Shown here: positions 19,798-29,792 of the stretch, in pieces
Numbering within the stretch: position 1 is the first letter of the stretch
Layout: every line of letters begins with the position of its first letter
Assembly (NCBI GenBank): GCA_963768855.1
Contig: CAVYJM010000006.1
Span: 128,001-192,000 of the forward strand
Length of the DNA: 64,000 nt
Direction: 5' to 3'
Origin: an uncultured Thermoplasmata archaeon
Lineage (GTDB): Archaea; Thermoplasmatota; Thermoplasmata; RBG-16-68-12
Program-made: the position numbers and the translations under genes
Notes under the pieces: generated by a model
Told to the model about the DNA's origin: nothing
Databases searched by the model: none
What the model saw: the letters and a program-made list of their open reading frames with translations, nothing else

Positions 19798-19938
19798 TCG
19801 GCGCCCCGAATCGTGCCGAGCGGATAAGGGTGCGGAGGCCGCACGGGGACGGGGCTCCGCGCACTCGCCCTACCGCGGGTATTAAGTGCGGCGACTCGCT
19901 AGGTAGACCCGGAGAGGATCTCAGGCGGTCCATGGAGC

Positions 19939-20934
19939 ATGGGGATGCCTGGCGCAACGGACTCTCGGTCCACGGCCGAGGAGGAACGCGTCTGCCCGGA
20001 GTGCGGCAGCTCTCACCTCGTCCGGGACTACGACCGCGGTGAAGTGGTCTGCGTTGCCTGCGGCCTCGTCCTCACCGATCGCGCGATCGACCAGGGTCCT
20101 GAATGGGTCGCTTACTCCATGGAAGAGGCGGAGCGGCTCGCGCGCACGGGACCGCCGCGGAAAGCCCTGACGGGGGCCTCGGGCCTGACGACCGTCGTCC
20201 CGTACCCGACCCGGGACATCCGGGGCCACCAGATCCCGGAGCAGGCCCGGAAGATGTTCTACCGCCTGCGGAGGCTCCAAGTGACCTCCGCACAGTATGC
20301 GCGCGGGGAACGGAGCTCTGCGGCGATGGCACGCGCGCTGGACCGGATCGTCTCCCAACTGGGCCTCCCGGATTCCGTGAAGGATGAGGCGGGCCTCATC
20401 TGCCGGAGGGCGATTGAGAGCGGGGTCATGCGGGGTCGCTCCATGTCGGCCGTGGTTGCCGCTGCCGTGTACGCGGCCTGCCGTGTCGACGGTGTCCCGC
20501 GCACCTTGGGCGAGATCGAGCGCGTGACGGGGATCGAGAGGAAGACGATCGCCCGGCACTATCGGGACCTCGTCCGGGCCCGGGCCGTCCGGTCCGTGCC
20601 GCTCCCGCGCCCTCAGGACTACGTAGGCCGCTTCTGCGCCGAACTCAAGCTGAGCAGTCGGACGCAGCTCGAGACCATGCGCATCCTCAAGGATTGGGAC
20701 CGGACCGGGATCTCGAGGTCCTTGTCGCCCGTCGGGACGGCCGCGACGGCGATCTACCTGGCGGCCGGGTCCTGCGGCGAGCGCAGGCGCCAGAACGAAA
20801 TCGCCAAGGTCAGCGGCGTGACGGAGGTGACGCTCCGGAGTCGCTTGGCCATCGCGAGGGGCTCCACGAAGCGGTTCGCCGGGGCTAGCGGACATGCGCC
20901 GAACCCCCGCATGTGGGCGCCTCTCTCCCTGTGA
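19939..20934 (+). CDS. tfb: Archaeal transcription initiation factor IIB (divergent paralog)
   Basis: CPECG...CVACG Zn ribbon, IDQGPEW B-reader, two cyclin repeats, VTEVTLR HTH. Confidence 0.93.
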   Translation: MGMPGATDSRSTAEEERVCPECGSSHLVRDYDRGEVVCVACGLVLTDRAIDQGPEWVAYSMEEAERLARTGPPRKALTGASGLTTVVPYPTRDIRGHQIPEQARKMFYRLRRLQVTSAQYARGERSSAAMARALDRIVSQLGLPDSVKDEAGLICRRAIESGVMRGRSMSAVVAAAVYAACRVDGVPRTLGEIERVTGIERKTIARHYRDLVRARAVRSVPLPRPQDYVGRFCAELKLSSRTQLETMRILKDWDRTGISRSLSPVGTAATAIYLAAGSCGERRRQNEIAKVSGVTEVTLRSRLAIARGSTKRFAGASGHAPNPRMWAPLSL

Positions 20935-21147
20935 ACGAGGCGGAATGCCGCATCGTCATCTCCTCATCATGCAGGCGGCCTTCCTCCTTCGAGGGCCACC
21001 CGCGCGGGACGGCGACGGCACCGACCTGAGCGGTCGGTGCCTCGGAAAGACCGTTGCGCGGCTGACCCAACTATATAAGGCTCCATTTGGCTTCCCTCCC
21101 AGCCGAGCGCCCTGGCGCGGACGCTTTCGACCCTCGGCGGTGCTTCC

Positions 21148-21696
21148 TTGGCCAAATACCGGATCGAGAACGTCGTCGCATCGACCTCCCTCGGGGAGGA
21201 GCTCGACCTCAAGGCGATCGCTCACGTCCTTGGCGGGGCGGAGTACGAGCCGGAACAGTTCCCCGGCCTCATCTACCGCATCAAGGACCCGAAGACCGCG
21301 ACCCTGCTCTTCCGCAGCGGCAAGGTCGTGTGCACTGGGGCGAAGAGCCTCGAGCACGTGAAGATCGCGATCGACCTCGTGTCGAAGCAGATCCAGGCCG
21401 CGGGCATAACCGTGAAGAAGAACCCGGAGATCGAGGTCCAGAACATCGTCGCCACGTCGGACCTCGGCGCGCAGATCGACTTGAACGCGGTCGCGATCAC
21501 TCTGGGCCTCGGTCAGGTCGAGTACGAACCGGAGCAGTTCCCCGGCCTCGTCTACCGCATCGAGAAGCCCGCGGTCGTCCTTCTCCTATTCGGCAGCGGG
21601 AAGCTCGTCTGCACGGGCGCCCGCAAGCCCTCCGATGTGGACGAGGCCGTCGAGAAGGTCACGGCCGAGCTCCGGGCCAACGGGCTCCTGCACTGA
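21148..21696 (+). CDS. tbp: TATA-binding protein
   Basis: Duplicated YEPEQFPGL(I/V)YR and LF(R/G)SGK(V/L)VCTGA repeats. Confidence 0.97.
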   Translation: MAKYRIENVVASTSLGEELDLKAIAHVLGGAEYEPEQFPGLIYRIKDPKTATLLFRSGKVVCTGAKSLEHVKIAIDLVSKQIQAAGITVKKNPEIEVQNIVATSDLGAQIDLNAVAITLGLGQVEYEPEQFPGLVYRIEKPAVVLLLFGSGKLVCTGARKPSDVDEAVEKVTAELRANGLLH

Positions 21697-21784
21697 GCCA
21701 TGTTACGGATGCGGGGATGCAGGAAGGCGTCCCTTGCTTCGCATGCGAAGCCCTTATAACGCAGGGGACCGTGGCACCGCGCGT

Positions 21785-22051
21785 ATGGCGAAGGCCGAGG
21801 TAACCGGAACGGTCGTGGCGTTCCGCCAGAGCAAATTCAAGCAGGACAGCTACCAGACCGTCGTGGACCTCGCCCAGCCGGATCAGGCGGAGAAGCTCCT
21901 CGGAGCCCGGGTCGTCTGGGCCCGCGCGGACGGCCTCAAGATCCTGGGCCGCGTCGTCGCACGCCACGGCCGGAGAGGAGCGGTCCGGGTCCGGTGGGAC
22001 CGCGGATTCCCGTCCCAGGCGTTGGGCACCCAGGTCAAGTTCGTCCCGTGA
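21785..22051 (+). CDS. rpl35ae: Ribosomal protein eL33 (L35Ae)
   Basis: HGRRGAVRVRWDRGFPSQALG matches the L35Ae signature; TATA CTTATA at 21753. Confidence 0.85.
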   Translation: MAKAEVTGTVVAFRQSKFKQDSYQTVVDLAQPDQAEKLLGARVVWARADGLKILGRVVARHGRRGAVRVRWDRGFPSQALGTQVKFVP

Positions 22052-22204
22052 CGGGACGAGATCGCCGACCGGCTCGCAGGTCGCCTTGCGCCTGCATCTC
22101 GCGTTCGTCCCGAATCCATCGTGGCTTCAGCTTTATGTCTTTGAGCGCTGTTCTCCGGCGGTGGAGAGGCGGTCCAACGGGAGCGCCTCACGGGAGAGAG
22201 GACG

Positions 22205-22564
22205 GTGAAGGAAACTTCGAAAGGCACGGGAGGGGGACTGCCGCCGGGCCAGAAGGCGCACCTCGCCTCCCTCGTTTCGTACCAGGAGGGCTCGGTGGTG
22301 AGCCGCACGCTCCTCGAGGACAAGGCCGGCACGGTCACCCTGTTCGCCTTCGACGCGGGCCAGGGGCTGAGCGAGCACACGGCTCCCTACGACGCCCTGC
22401 TGCAGCTCCTCGAGGGCGAGGCAGAGGTCACGGTCGCGGGGAACGAGAGCCGTCTCGAGGCCGGCGAGGCGATCCTCCTTCCTGCGGGGAAACCGCATGC
22501 CGTGCGGGCCTCCGCGCGGTTCAAAATGCTCCTCACGATGATTCGTTCCGCCCGCAAGGCGTGA
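22205..22564 (+). CDS. Cupin-domain protein
   Basis: FAFDAGQGLSEHTAPYD...PAGKPHAV. Confidence 0.9.
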   Translation: MKETSKGTGGGLPPGQKAHLASLVSYQEGSVVSRTLLEDKAGTVTLFAFDAGQGLSEHTAPYDALLQLLEGEAEVTVAGNESRLEAGEAILLPAGKPHAVRASARFKMLLTMIRSARKA

Positions 22565-22601
22565 TCCCGGCGGCTTGAAGCAAGAGCGGGCTGGCGGGCA
22601 G

Positions 22602-23549
22602 CTAGCCGAGCCATTGAGGAAAGGCGTGGGTCGAGTCGAAGTCGCGCGTCGTCTTGTAGCGTTCGAACCGTCCGGCCCGCGCGGCCTCCGCGGTCCTCGC
22701 CAGGAGGGCCTCGACTTCATTTGGCGTCATGGGCCGGAACCCCCGTGCGGCGGTCAGCGCCTGCTCCAGGATTCGCATCGAGTCGCATCCCGTGATCACG
22801 ACGCTCGTCGGGAGGCTCAGCGCATAGCGCAGGCATTCGGTTGGGGTCGCCGCCTTGCTCTCCAGGACCTGGCCGTCCCCGATCGGCTTCATCCCGAGCA
22901 CGCCGATGTTCTCCTTCACCAAGACCGGCAGGACGCGCTTCTCGAAGCTCTCGAAGTGCGCGTCCAGTACGTTCAGCGGCATCTGGACCGTGTCGAAGCG
23001 GAAGCCATGCGCCGCGGCGACCTCGAGCATCTTCAGGTGGACGTCGGGGCTCTTGTGACCCGTGAAGCCGATGTACCGGACCTTCCCCGCGTCCTTCGCC
23101 TCGAGGGCCCCCTCGATCGCGCCGCCCTGGCCGAAGATGCGCTCCGGATCCCCCATCCGGATGATCTCATGGAACTGGAGCAGGTCGAGGTGGTCCGTCT
23201 CGAGCCGCTGAAGGCACTCCTCGATCTGCTGCGCCGCTGACTCCTTCGTCTGCCCGTCGATCTTGGTCATCAGGAAAGCCCGTTCGCGGTAGCCATCCCG
23301 GAGCGCCTTCCCCATCCGGACCTCGCTCCGCCCCTCGTTGTAGTCCCAGCAGTTGTCCAGGAAGTTGATCCCCTCGTCGATCGCCCGCCGGACGATGCGG
23401 ACGGCGTCCGACTCGGGGAGATCCGGCCTGCCGAGGTGCCACCCGCCCAGCCCGATCGCGGACACTCGCTCCCCCGTGCGGCCGAGCGTGCGGGAGGGGA
23501 TCTGTCCCTCGGTCGTTTCCCCGCGCGCAGACGATCGGATGTCCATCAT
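22602..23549 (-). CDS. Aldo/keto reductase
   Basis: LGRTGERVSAIGLGG, FLDNCWDY, DHLDLLQFH, GMKP. Confidence 0.92.
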   Translation of the reverse strand: MMDIRSSARGETTEGQIPSRTLGRTGERVSAIGLGGWHLGRPDLPESDAVRIVRRAIDEGINFLDNCWDYNEGRSEVRMGKALRDGYRERAFLMTKIDGQTKESAAQQIEECLQRLETDHLDLLQFHEIIRMGDPERIFGQGGAIEGALEAKDAGKVRYIGFTGHKSPDVHLKMLEVAAAHGFRFDTVQMPLNVLDAHFESFEKRVLPVLVKENIGVLGMKPIGDGQVLESKAATPTECLRYALSLPTSVVITGCDSMRILEQALTAARGFRPMTPNEVEALLARTAEAARAGRFERYKTTRDFDSTHAFPQWLG

Positions 23550-23649
23550 GATCGATGCGCCTCCGGATTGCCGAGAGCCCGGATGCCACCGCCGAGCTTC
23601 CTTCTTTGGTCTTCTCCCCCTCGCGCCCTCGGGGGCCGTTACCGTCCCC

Positions 23650-24069
23650 TCACTTCCGGGATCGCCGGGGAGCCCGGATTTGCTCCATCAGATCCTCGAC
23701 GTGACTTGCGGCCCACCGCTCGACGATCTTGCCCCGGCGAATCCGCCAGATCACGATCCCGCTCATCCGGACCTTCTTGCCGGTCGCCGGGATTCCGCGG
23801 TACGTCCCCTCGTGCGTGCCGTACCCAGTCACTCGGGCCACGACCTTGTCCCCTTCCGCGATGAGCTCGTCCACCCTGTGATATCCCGGAAGGGCGGCGA
23901 GCGAGGAGAGGAACGACTGTTTCAGTCCCTCTCGGTCGGGGGATTGGCCGGGAGACGCATCATGGTCGACGAACGCGGGAGAGACGTACCGTTCCAGGAC
24001 ACTCACATCTCCCGTGTCGATCGCCTTGAAGTATCGGCGAATCAGGGCTTTGTTCGACTTCGTGGACAT
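23650..24069 (-). CDS. SnoaL-like ester cyclase family protein
   Basis: NKALIRRYF...EGDKVVARVT..GTHEGTYRGIPATGKKV. Confidence 0.9.
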   Translation of the reverse strand: MSTKSNKALIRRYFKAIDTGDVSVLERYVSPAFVDHDASPGQSPDREGLKQSFLSSLAALPGYHRVDELIAEGDKVVARVTGYGTHEGTYRGIPATGKKVRMSGIVIWRIRRGKIVERWAASHVEDLMEQIRAPRRSRK

Positions 24070-24267
24070 CCGAATTCCTCCGCGTGGCGTGCCAGGGAGC
24101 GCCGGTGAGCGGATAACGCGCGTGCCCGGATAGTCCTTCTCCGGCTTCCCCCGGGAAGACGGTCCATGATCATCCTCGGATTCACGAGAGCGGGGCACGC
24201 CCGAGCGGAGACGTGTTCCGTCCACGCCGGCGTCAAGTATAAGTCTCGCCGGCGGACGTCAAGAACC

Positions 24268-24624
24268 ATGGAATTCGACCGCTTCTCCGTCGTGCTGCTG
24301 CTCCTGCGCGACGACGCCCCCAAGCTCGACGATGCCGCGCTGGACGCATTGCAGGACGCGCATCTGGCCCATCTCGCGAAGCTCCATGAAGCCGGGGTCC
24401 TCGTGGCGGCCGGCCCCACCGTGGGCCCATCGGACCGGAGGCTTCGTGGGTTCAGCCTTCTCAATGTCGATGCGGAGAAGGCCCGCGCGCTCCAAGACGA
24501 GGACCCGGCGGTCCGTGCCGGTCGGTTCGCGTTCGAAGTCCACACGTGGATGGTCCCCCGCGGCGCGATGCATTTCTCGCCCGCCCGATTCCCCCATTCC
24601 GCGGCCGAGGCGGCGGGCCCTTGA
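24268..24624 (+). CDS. YciI-family protein
   Basis: HLAHL...LVAAGP...DPAVRAG. Confidence 0.75.
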   Translation: MEFDRFSVVLLLLRDDAPKLDDAALDALQDAHLAHLAKLHEAGVLVAAGPTVGPSDRRLRGFSLLNVDAEKARALQDEDPAVRAGRFAFEVHTWMVPRGAMHFSPARFPHSAAEAAGP

Positions 24625-24715
24625 TCGGGCCCATTCGACGCGGGTCCTCCGTGCCCGCAGCCGCCAAGTACCCGGACCATTCTCGAACGGGGACGGAAAC
24701 GGAGAGGCGGATGCC

Positions 24716-25282
24716 ATGGCCGAGATGAACCGGGTCTCGAGGTTCTTCGTGAACACGTTCAACGCGCGGCGGAACGCGCGCCTCTACGGCTGGCTGATGC
24801 GCAACGCGTCCCTCCCCGCCGGAGCGGAGTGCCTGGAGATCGGATGCGGGAACGGGGACATGGCGGCGCGGGTGGTGGACAGCCTGACGCCCGCGAGGTA
24901 CGTGGCCACGGACCTCGACCCGCATCAGCTCGAATCGGCGAAGCGGCATCTTGCGACCCGCTATCCGCAGGGGATCCCGCCCGCCCTGGAGCTGCGCGCC
25001 GCGGACATGCTCCACCTCCCCTTCGCCGACGGGTCCTTCGACGCGGTCCTCGCCTTCGTGGCGATCCACCACGCGAGCCCGAACCACCACGACCCCGCGA
25101 ACGTGCCGGACGCCCTCGCGGAAATCCATCGGGTCTTGCGGCCGAAGGGCGTCCTGGCCTACGAGGAGATCCTGCACAAGGACCGTATCCGGGCGTGGCT
25201 CGTCGACCGAGGATACGTCCTTTCCGGCGTCGAGCGCGGGTGGAAGCGAGAGTCGGTCGTGGCCACGAAGAAAGCCCCCTAG
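24716..25282 (+). CDS. Class I SAM-dependent methyltransferase
   Basis: CLEIGCGNG, LPFADGSFDAV, EIHRVLRPKG. Confidence 0.9.
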   Translation: MAEMNRVSRFFVNTFNARRNARLYGWLMRNASLPAGAECLEIGCGNGDMAARVVDSLTPARYVATDLDPHQLESAKRHLATRYPQGIPPALELRAADMLHLPFADGSFDAVLAFVAIHHASPNHHDPANVPDALAEIHRVLRPKGVLAYEEILHKDRIRAWLVDRGYVLSGVERGWKRESVVATKKAP

Positions 25283-25485
25283 CACGGTCGGGACCGTCCT
25301 CGTCTCTCGCAACGGATCGGACGGACCGCCTCCCGATGCATTCAGGTGCGACTCGCAGTCCCGAGCAGGTTCCTCGTTCCTGCGCGGACCGCTTGAATCT
25401 GGGTGCAATAGGGGCATACGATTAACTAGCGTCGCGCGGGGATGGGGCGCCCGGAAGAAAGGTCTCGGATGCGAGGCGGGTTTCC

Positions 25486-26553
25486 ATGTCGGTCCACCTG
25501 AGAAAGGCGAGTCGTGTCGTGTTTGCACTGGCGGCCGTTGCGTTCCTCTTGTCGTTGGCCCCGGCCGCCGCGGCGGCGTCCCCGAACATGTACTCGGTCA
25601 CACCCCTCGTCTCGAACAACGGGGTGCCGGGGACGACCGTCGACGTCAACCTGACGAATGGGTGGGGCCTCGTCGCGGGGCCTACGACCCCGTGGTGGGT
25701 CTCTGATAACGGAGCGAATCTGTCGACGCTCTACACCGCTGCAGGCGCGAAGGTCGCGCTCCAGGTCGGAGTGGCCGGAGCGCCGACCGGCGTCGTCTTC
25801 AACGGCGAACCGGGGAGCTTCCCCGTCGGCGCGACGAACGTGACCGGACGATTCATCTTCGCGACGGAGAGCGGCACGATCGCCGGCTGGACGCCGGGCT
25901 TGACCTCCGCCGAGGTCAGGGTCAACTCGTCCGCCGCGGGCGCGATCTACAAGGGGCTCGCGATCATCTCGACCGCGACCGGAGGGCAGCTCTACGCGAC
26001 GGACTTCCACAACGGCCGCGTCGACGTCTTCAACCGCACCTGGAAGGCCGTGCAGACCCCGGGTGGCTTCATGGATCCGATGTTGCCCGCCGGCTACGCG
26101 CCGTTCGGCATCCAGACGATCGGCACACGGATCTTCGTCACCTTCGCGAAGCAGGGCGAGGGCGCGGACGAGCTCCACGGCCAGGGACTCGGCTTCGTCG
26201 ACGCGTTCGACGCGGCCGGGAACCTGCTCGTGCGCGTCGCGCAGCGCGGGATGCTGAACGCCCCCTGGGGCCTGGCATGGGCCCCTGCGAGCTTCGGCGT
26301 CTTCGGCGGCGACCTCCTCGTCGGCAACTTCGGCGACGGCCACGTCAACGCGTACCAGGAGCTGGCGAACGGCCGGTTCGTCTACCGCGGGGCCCTCCAG
26401 TTGGGGAACGGGCAGATGATCGCCATCGACGGGCTCTGGGCCCTCCAGTTCGGGCACGATTCCGCGAACAACGGGCCGTCGACCACGTTGTTCTTCACCG
26501 CGGGCCCGAACGACGAGGCGGACGGGCTCTTCGGCACGATCACGGCCGGATGA
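25486..26553 (+). CDS. Secreted TIGR03118-family-like beta-propeller protein
   Basis: Signal peptide ...APAAAAA; PWWVSDNG, IYKGLA, LYATDFHNG, LNAPWG, LVGNFGDG, IDGLW, FTAGP. Confidence 0.85.
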   Translation: MSVHLRKASRVVFALAAVAFLLSLAPAAAAASPNMYSVTPLVSNNGVPGTTVDVNLTNGWGLVAGPTTPWWVSDNGANLSTLYTAAGAKVALQVGVAGAPTGVVFNGEPGSFPVGATNVTGRFIFATESGTIAGWTPGLTSAEVRVNSSAAGAIYKGLAIISTATGGQLYATDFHNGRVDVFNRTWKAVQTPGGFMDPMLPAGYAPFGIQTIGTRIFVTFAKQGEGADELHGQGLGFVDAFDAAGNLLVRVAQRGMLNAPWGLAWAPASFGVFGGDLLVGNFGDGHVNAYQELANGRFVYRGALQLGNGQMIAIDGLWALQFGHDSANNGPSTTLFFTAGPNDEADGLFGTITAG

Positions 26554-26612
26554 GCCGGAGGAGATCACCCATCCGGAGGATTCCCTCGACTCGTCGAAAC
26601 GTCGCGGACCGC

Positions 26613-26987
26613 CTACGGCCGGGCGGTCCGCTTTTTCGCTTTCGCCTTCTTCGGGGGCATGGCGGCCACCCACTCGACGGACCGCTCCACCCAGCCGCGG
26701 ACCTTCTCCGGGTCGTTCATCCAGGCTCTCGGCACCGTCGCGTATCCGGCCATGGCGTGGCCCCTGACGGGCTCGAACGGCCCTCCCCCGGGTTCCTTTA
26801 GGAGGCCCTGAAGCTCCGGATCCGGGAGGCGAAGGAACATTCGGTCCCCGAGGGCGCCCGCGAACATGTTCCCGTCCACGAAGCTCCCGAGTCCGCCGAA
26901 CATGGACTTCGTCCGGATCCGTTCATCCTCCGGGAGGACGGCCTCATAGAATCGCCGGGTCGCCGCTTCGAGCCGGGGGAGTTTCAC
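26613..26987 (-). CDS. TfoX/Sxy N-terminal-domain family protein
   Basis: SMFGGLGSFVDGNMFA, PFEP...MAGY. Confidence 0.8.
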   Translation of the reverse strand: MKLPRLEAATRRFYEAVLPEDERIRTKSMFGGLGSFVDGNMFAGALGDRMFLRLPDPELQGLLKEPGGGPFEPVRGHAMAGYATVPRAWMNDPEKVRGWVERSVEWVAAMPPKKAKAKKRTARP

Positions 26988-27087
26988 GCTCCAAGGAATC
27001 GGACGCGCGGACGTAAGGGTTGCGCCGGAGCCGACCGGGAAGGCGATCGCGGGCTTCCGGCCACAAGTTCATATATCGCTTATCCGA

Positions 27088-27103
27088 TATCGAATAATCG
27101 ATA
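27088..27103. promoter_or_regulatory. Putative PadR operator (TATCGA-N4-TCGATA)
   Basis: Perfect inverted repeat between the TATA-like ATATAT (27071) and the PadR start (27115). Confidence 0.5.
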
Positions 27104-27114
27104 CGAGGCAGAGC

Positions 27115-27546
27115 ATGTTTGGTGTGCACCGGCGGCGGGGGCTCCGGATGTGGGCCCTCTCCATTGTCGCCCGCGGCCCGAAGAACGGGGCGGAGATCAT
27201 GAACGCGATCGAGGAGATGAGTCAGGGCTGGTGGCGCCCCTCGCCCGGCTCGATCTACCCGCTCCTCGACTCCCTCGTCCAGGAAGGCCTCGTCCGGAAG
27301 CGCGCGGACGGACGCTACGAGCTCTCCGCGCAGGGTCGACAGGCCATGGAGATGCCTTGGGGCCCGTGGGGTCCGTGGGGCATGCGCGGGCCGCAGCCGC
27401 CCGGCGTCGAGGGCGTGCTCGGCGAACTGAACGGATACGTCTCCTACCTGGAGGACGTGAACCGCAGCGACCGGCCCGGCATCGACCGGAACCGGGATCG
27501 CATCAAGGACCTCGCGGACCGGCTGTCCGCGTTGCTCAGCCCATAA
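27115..27546 (+). CDS. PadR-family transcriptional regulator
   Basis: NGAEIM..IEEMSQGWWRPSPGSIYPLLDSL..EGL. Confidence 0.92.
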   Translation: MFGVHRRRGLRMWALSIVARGPKNGAEIMNAIEEMSQGWWRPSPGSIYPLLDSLVQEGLVRKRADGRYELSAQGRQAMEMPWGPWGPWGMRGPQPPGVEGVLGELNGYVSYLEDVNRSDRPGIDRNRDRIKDLADRLSALLSP

Positions 27547-27558
27547 CGGAGGCAACCC

Positions 27559-27951
27559 ATGTACAATGAACCTCGGCGGAACGCGCGGCACTGGATCGGT
27601 CTCGGATTCCTCGTGATCTTCGCGGTGTTCGTGGCGGCGATGATCTACTTCATGCTCTTCGTCTTCCCGAACACCGCGCCGGCGGGATACTATCCGATGA
27701 TGCCGTTCGGCTTCGGGTGGATCTGGCTCTTCTTCGGGTTCTTCCTGTTCTTCGGCCTCCTGCGGTGGCTGTTCTTCCCGTGGCACTGGGGCGGGTACTA
27801 CCGCCGCTACGGCTACGGGTACGGCTACGGCCGCGGGGATGATGCGACCCTCATCCTGCGGGAGCGCTACGCCCGCGGGGAGATCACGAAGGACCAGTAC
27901 GACGCGATGATGCGGGACCTCTCCCAACAGCAGGCACCGCCCCGCCCGTGA
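27559..27951 (+). CDS. Two-TM membrane protein with SHOCT domain
   Basis: Two TM helices; ILRERYARGEITKDQY. Confidence 0.88.
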   Translation: MYNEPRRNARHWIGLGFLVIFAVFVAAMIYFMLFVFPNTAPAGYYPMMPFGFGWIWLFFGFFLFFGLLRWLFFPWHWGGYYRRYGYGYGYGRGDDATLILRERYARGEITKDQYDAMMRDLSQQQAPPRP

Positions 27952-27970
27952 TTCGAAGGCCGGTCGTCCC

Positions 27971-28911
27971 ATGGCAGAGGATCCCATCGCAGTCCACGAC
28001 CTCGGCAAGGACTACGGTAAGTTCACGGCCCTGAACGGGCTCCAGCTGACAATCCCGAAGGGCACGTGCTTCGGATACCTCGGGCCGAACGGCGCGGGCA
28101 AGAGCACAACGATCAAGATCCTGACGAACCTGATCCGTCCTTCGCGGGGTCACGCGGAGCTCTTCGGGATCGACGTGCAGCGCCGCCCGCGGGAGGCGCT
28201 TCAGCGAGTCGGCGCGGTCATCGAGACGCCCGAGTTCTACGGCTATCTCAGTCCGCGGGAGACCCTCGCCTACGCGGGGCGGCTGCGCGGCATGGCCCGC
28301 TCGGACCTCGGCGCGCGCTCGGAGGAGGTCCTGAAGACGGTCAAGCTCGCGGACTGGACCGACGAGCGGATCGAGACGTTCTCGAAGGGGATGAAGCAGC
28401 GCCTCGCGATCGCGCAGGCGCTCCTCCATGAGCCCGACCTCCTGATCCTCGACGAGCCCACCTCGGGTCTGGACCCGCGCGGCATGGCCGAGGTCCGGGA
28501 CATCGTGAAGGACCTCAAGCGTGGCGGCCACACGATCTTCATGAGCTCCCACCTCCTCGCGGAGGTCCAGGAGGTCTGCGACGCCGCCGCCCTGATCGAC
28601 AAGGGCAAGCTCGTCCTGCAAGGCAACCTCGCGGACCTCTCCGCGCGCGCGGAGGCGAGCGCCTTCCGGCCACGTTCCTCACTGCGCCCACCGCGGACGA
28701 CGTCGCGTTCATGCAGGGCCTCCCCGGCGTCCGGGGCGTCGTCGCCTCTGGGAACGGCGGCGTCGAGCTCCGCGTCCACGGAGGCCCGGACGTCCAGGCG
28801 ACGATCCTGAAGGCCCTCGTGTCCCGCGGCCTCCCGGTGACCTCGTTCCGCCTCGTCGGCACCGCGCTCGAGCAGCTCTACCTCGAGAACATCCGGGAGA
28901 CGAGCCAATGA
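27971..28911 (+). CDS. ABC transporter ATP-binding protein, -1 indel at ~28669
   Basis: GPNGAGKS, FSKGMKQR, LDEPT; C-terminus continues in ORF 28711-28911. Confidence 0.92.
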
Positions 28912-29705
28912 TGGACCGCAAGGATCTCTCCCAGGCGTGGATCGTCGCCGTCTACGAGATCCGCAAGTACCTCCGCGGACGCCGGCTCCTCGGCATGCTC
29001 GTCCTTGTGGCGCTCATCGTCGGCTTGCTCCTCGGCCTGCCGCCGGTCCTCGGCGCGTCCTACGCCACCACCCCGGACGCCTTCGTCGCGACCTTCACGG
29101 AGTTCGCGGGCATCCTGATCGTCCTCTGCGGCGCGCTCTTTGCCGCGGACGCCCTGAGCTCGGAGCACGAGAAGCGCACGGGCTACTTCCTCTTCCCGAA
29201 CCCGGTGCGGCGCGAGACGATCGTCGCGGGGAAGTTCCTCGCCAGCCTGGCGGCGTCCGGCTTCATCGTCCTACTGTATTACGCGGCCGCCTCGATCTCC
29301 GCGTGGGCGATCACGGGCGGCGTAACGGTCGACATCGCCCTGTCCGCGCTCTACGCCCTCGCGTACACCGTCTGCGTGATCAGTGTCGCCTTTCTGCTTT
29401 CCGCCCTTCTCAAGGGGACGGTGACGGCGACCGTGCTCACGTTCTTCCTCTTCACTCTCGTATTCACTCTGATCGAGGGCCTCTTGCGCGCCGCCTCCGT
29501 CTCCCCGTGGTTCCTGCCCAGCGCCGCGTCGGGGATCATCGGGGATGTCTTGGCGCCGCCGACCGCCCTCCCGGGACCCGCGGGTCGATTCACCGCAGGC
29601 TTCGTGCCGGATGTGCCGACGTCGCTCGCCGTCTTCGGCGGGTACTTCCTCGCGAGCCTCGTGGTCGCGATCCTGCTATTCCGGAGACGGGAGCTCAAGA
29701 GCTGA
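28908..29705 (+). CDS. ABC-2-type permease
   Basis: Six TM segments; EHEKRT..FLFPNPVRR..IVAGKF. Confidence 0.9.
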   Translation: MMDRKDLSQAWIVAVYEIRKYLRGRRLLGMLVLVALIVGLLLGLPPVLGASYATTPDAFVATFTEFAGILIVLCGALFAADALSSEHEKRTGYFLFPNPVRRETIVAGKFLASLAASGFIVLLYYAAASISAWAITGGVTVDIALSALYALAYTVCVISVAFLLSALLKGTVTATVLTFFLFTLVFTLIEGLLRAASVSPWFLPSAASGIIGDVLAPPTALPGPAGRFTAGFVPDVPTSLAVFGGYFLASLVVAILLFRRRELKS

Positions 29706-29792
29706 GACGACCGACCGCCTCGCCTCCAACGTCGCGACGGCAAGCTCTTAGACCGTGAGCCCGGTGCCGGCGCGGAGCGACGGAGGCCCCCG

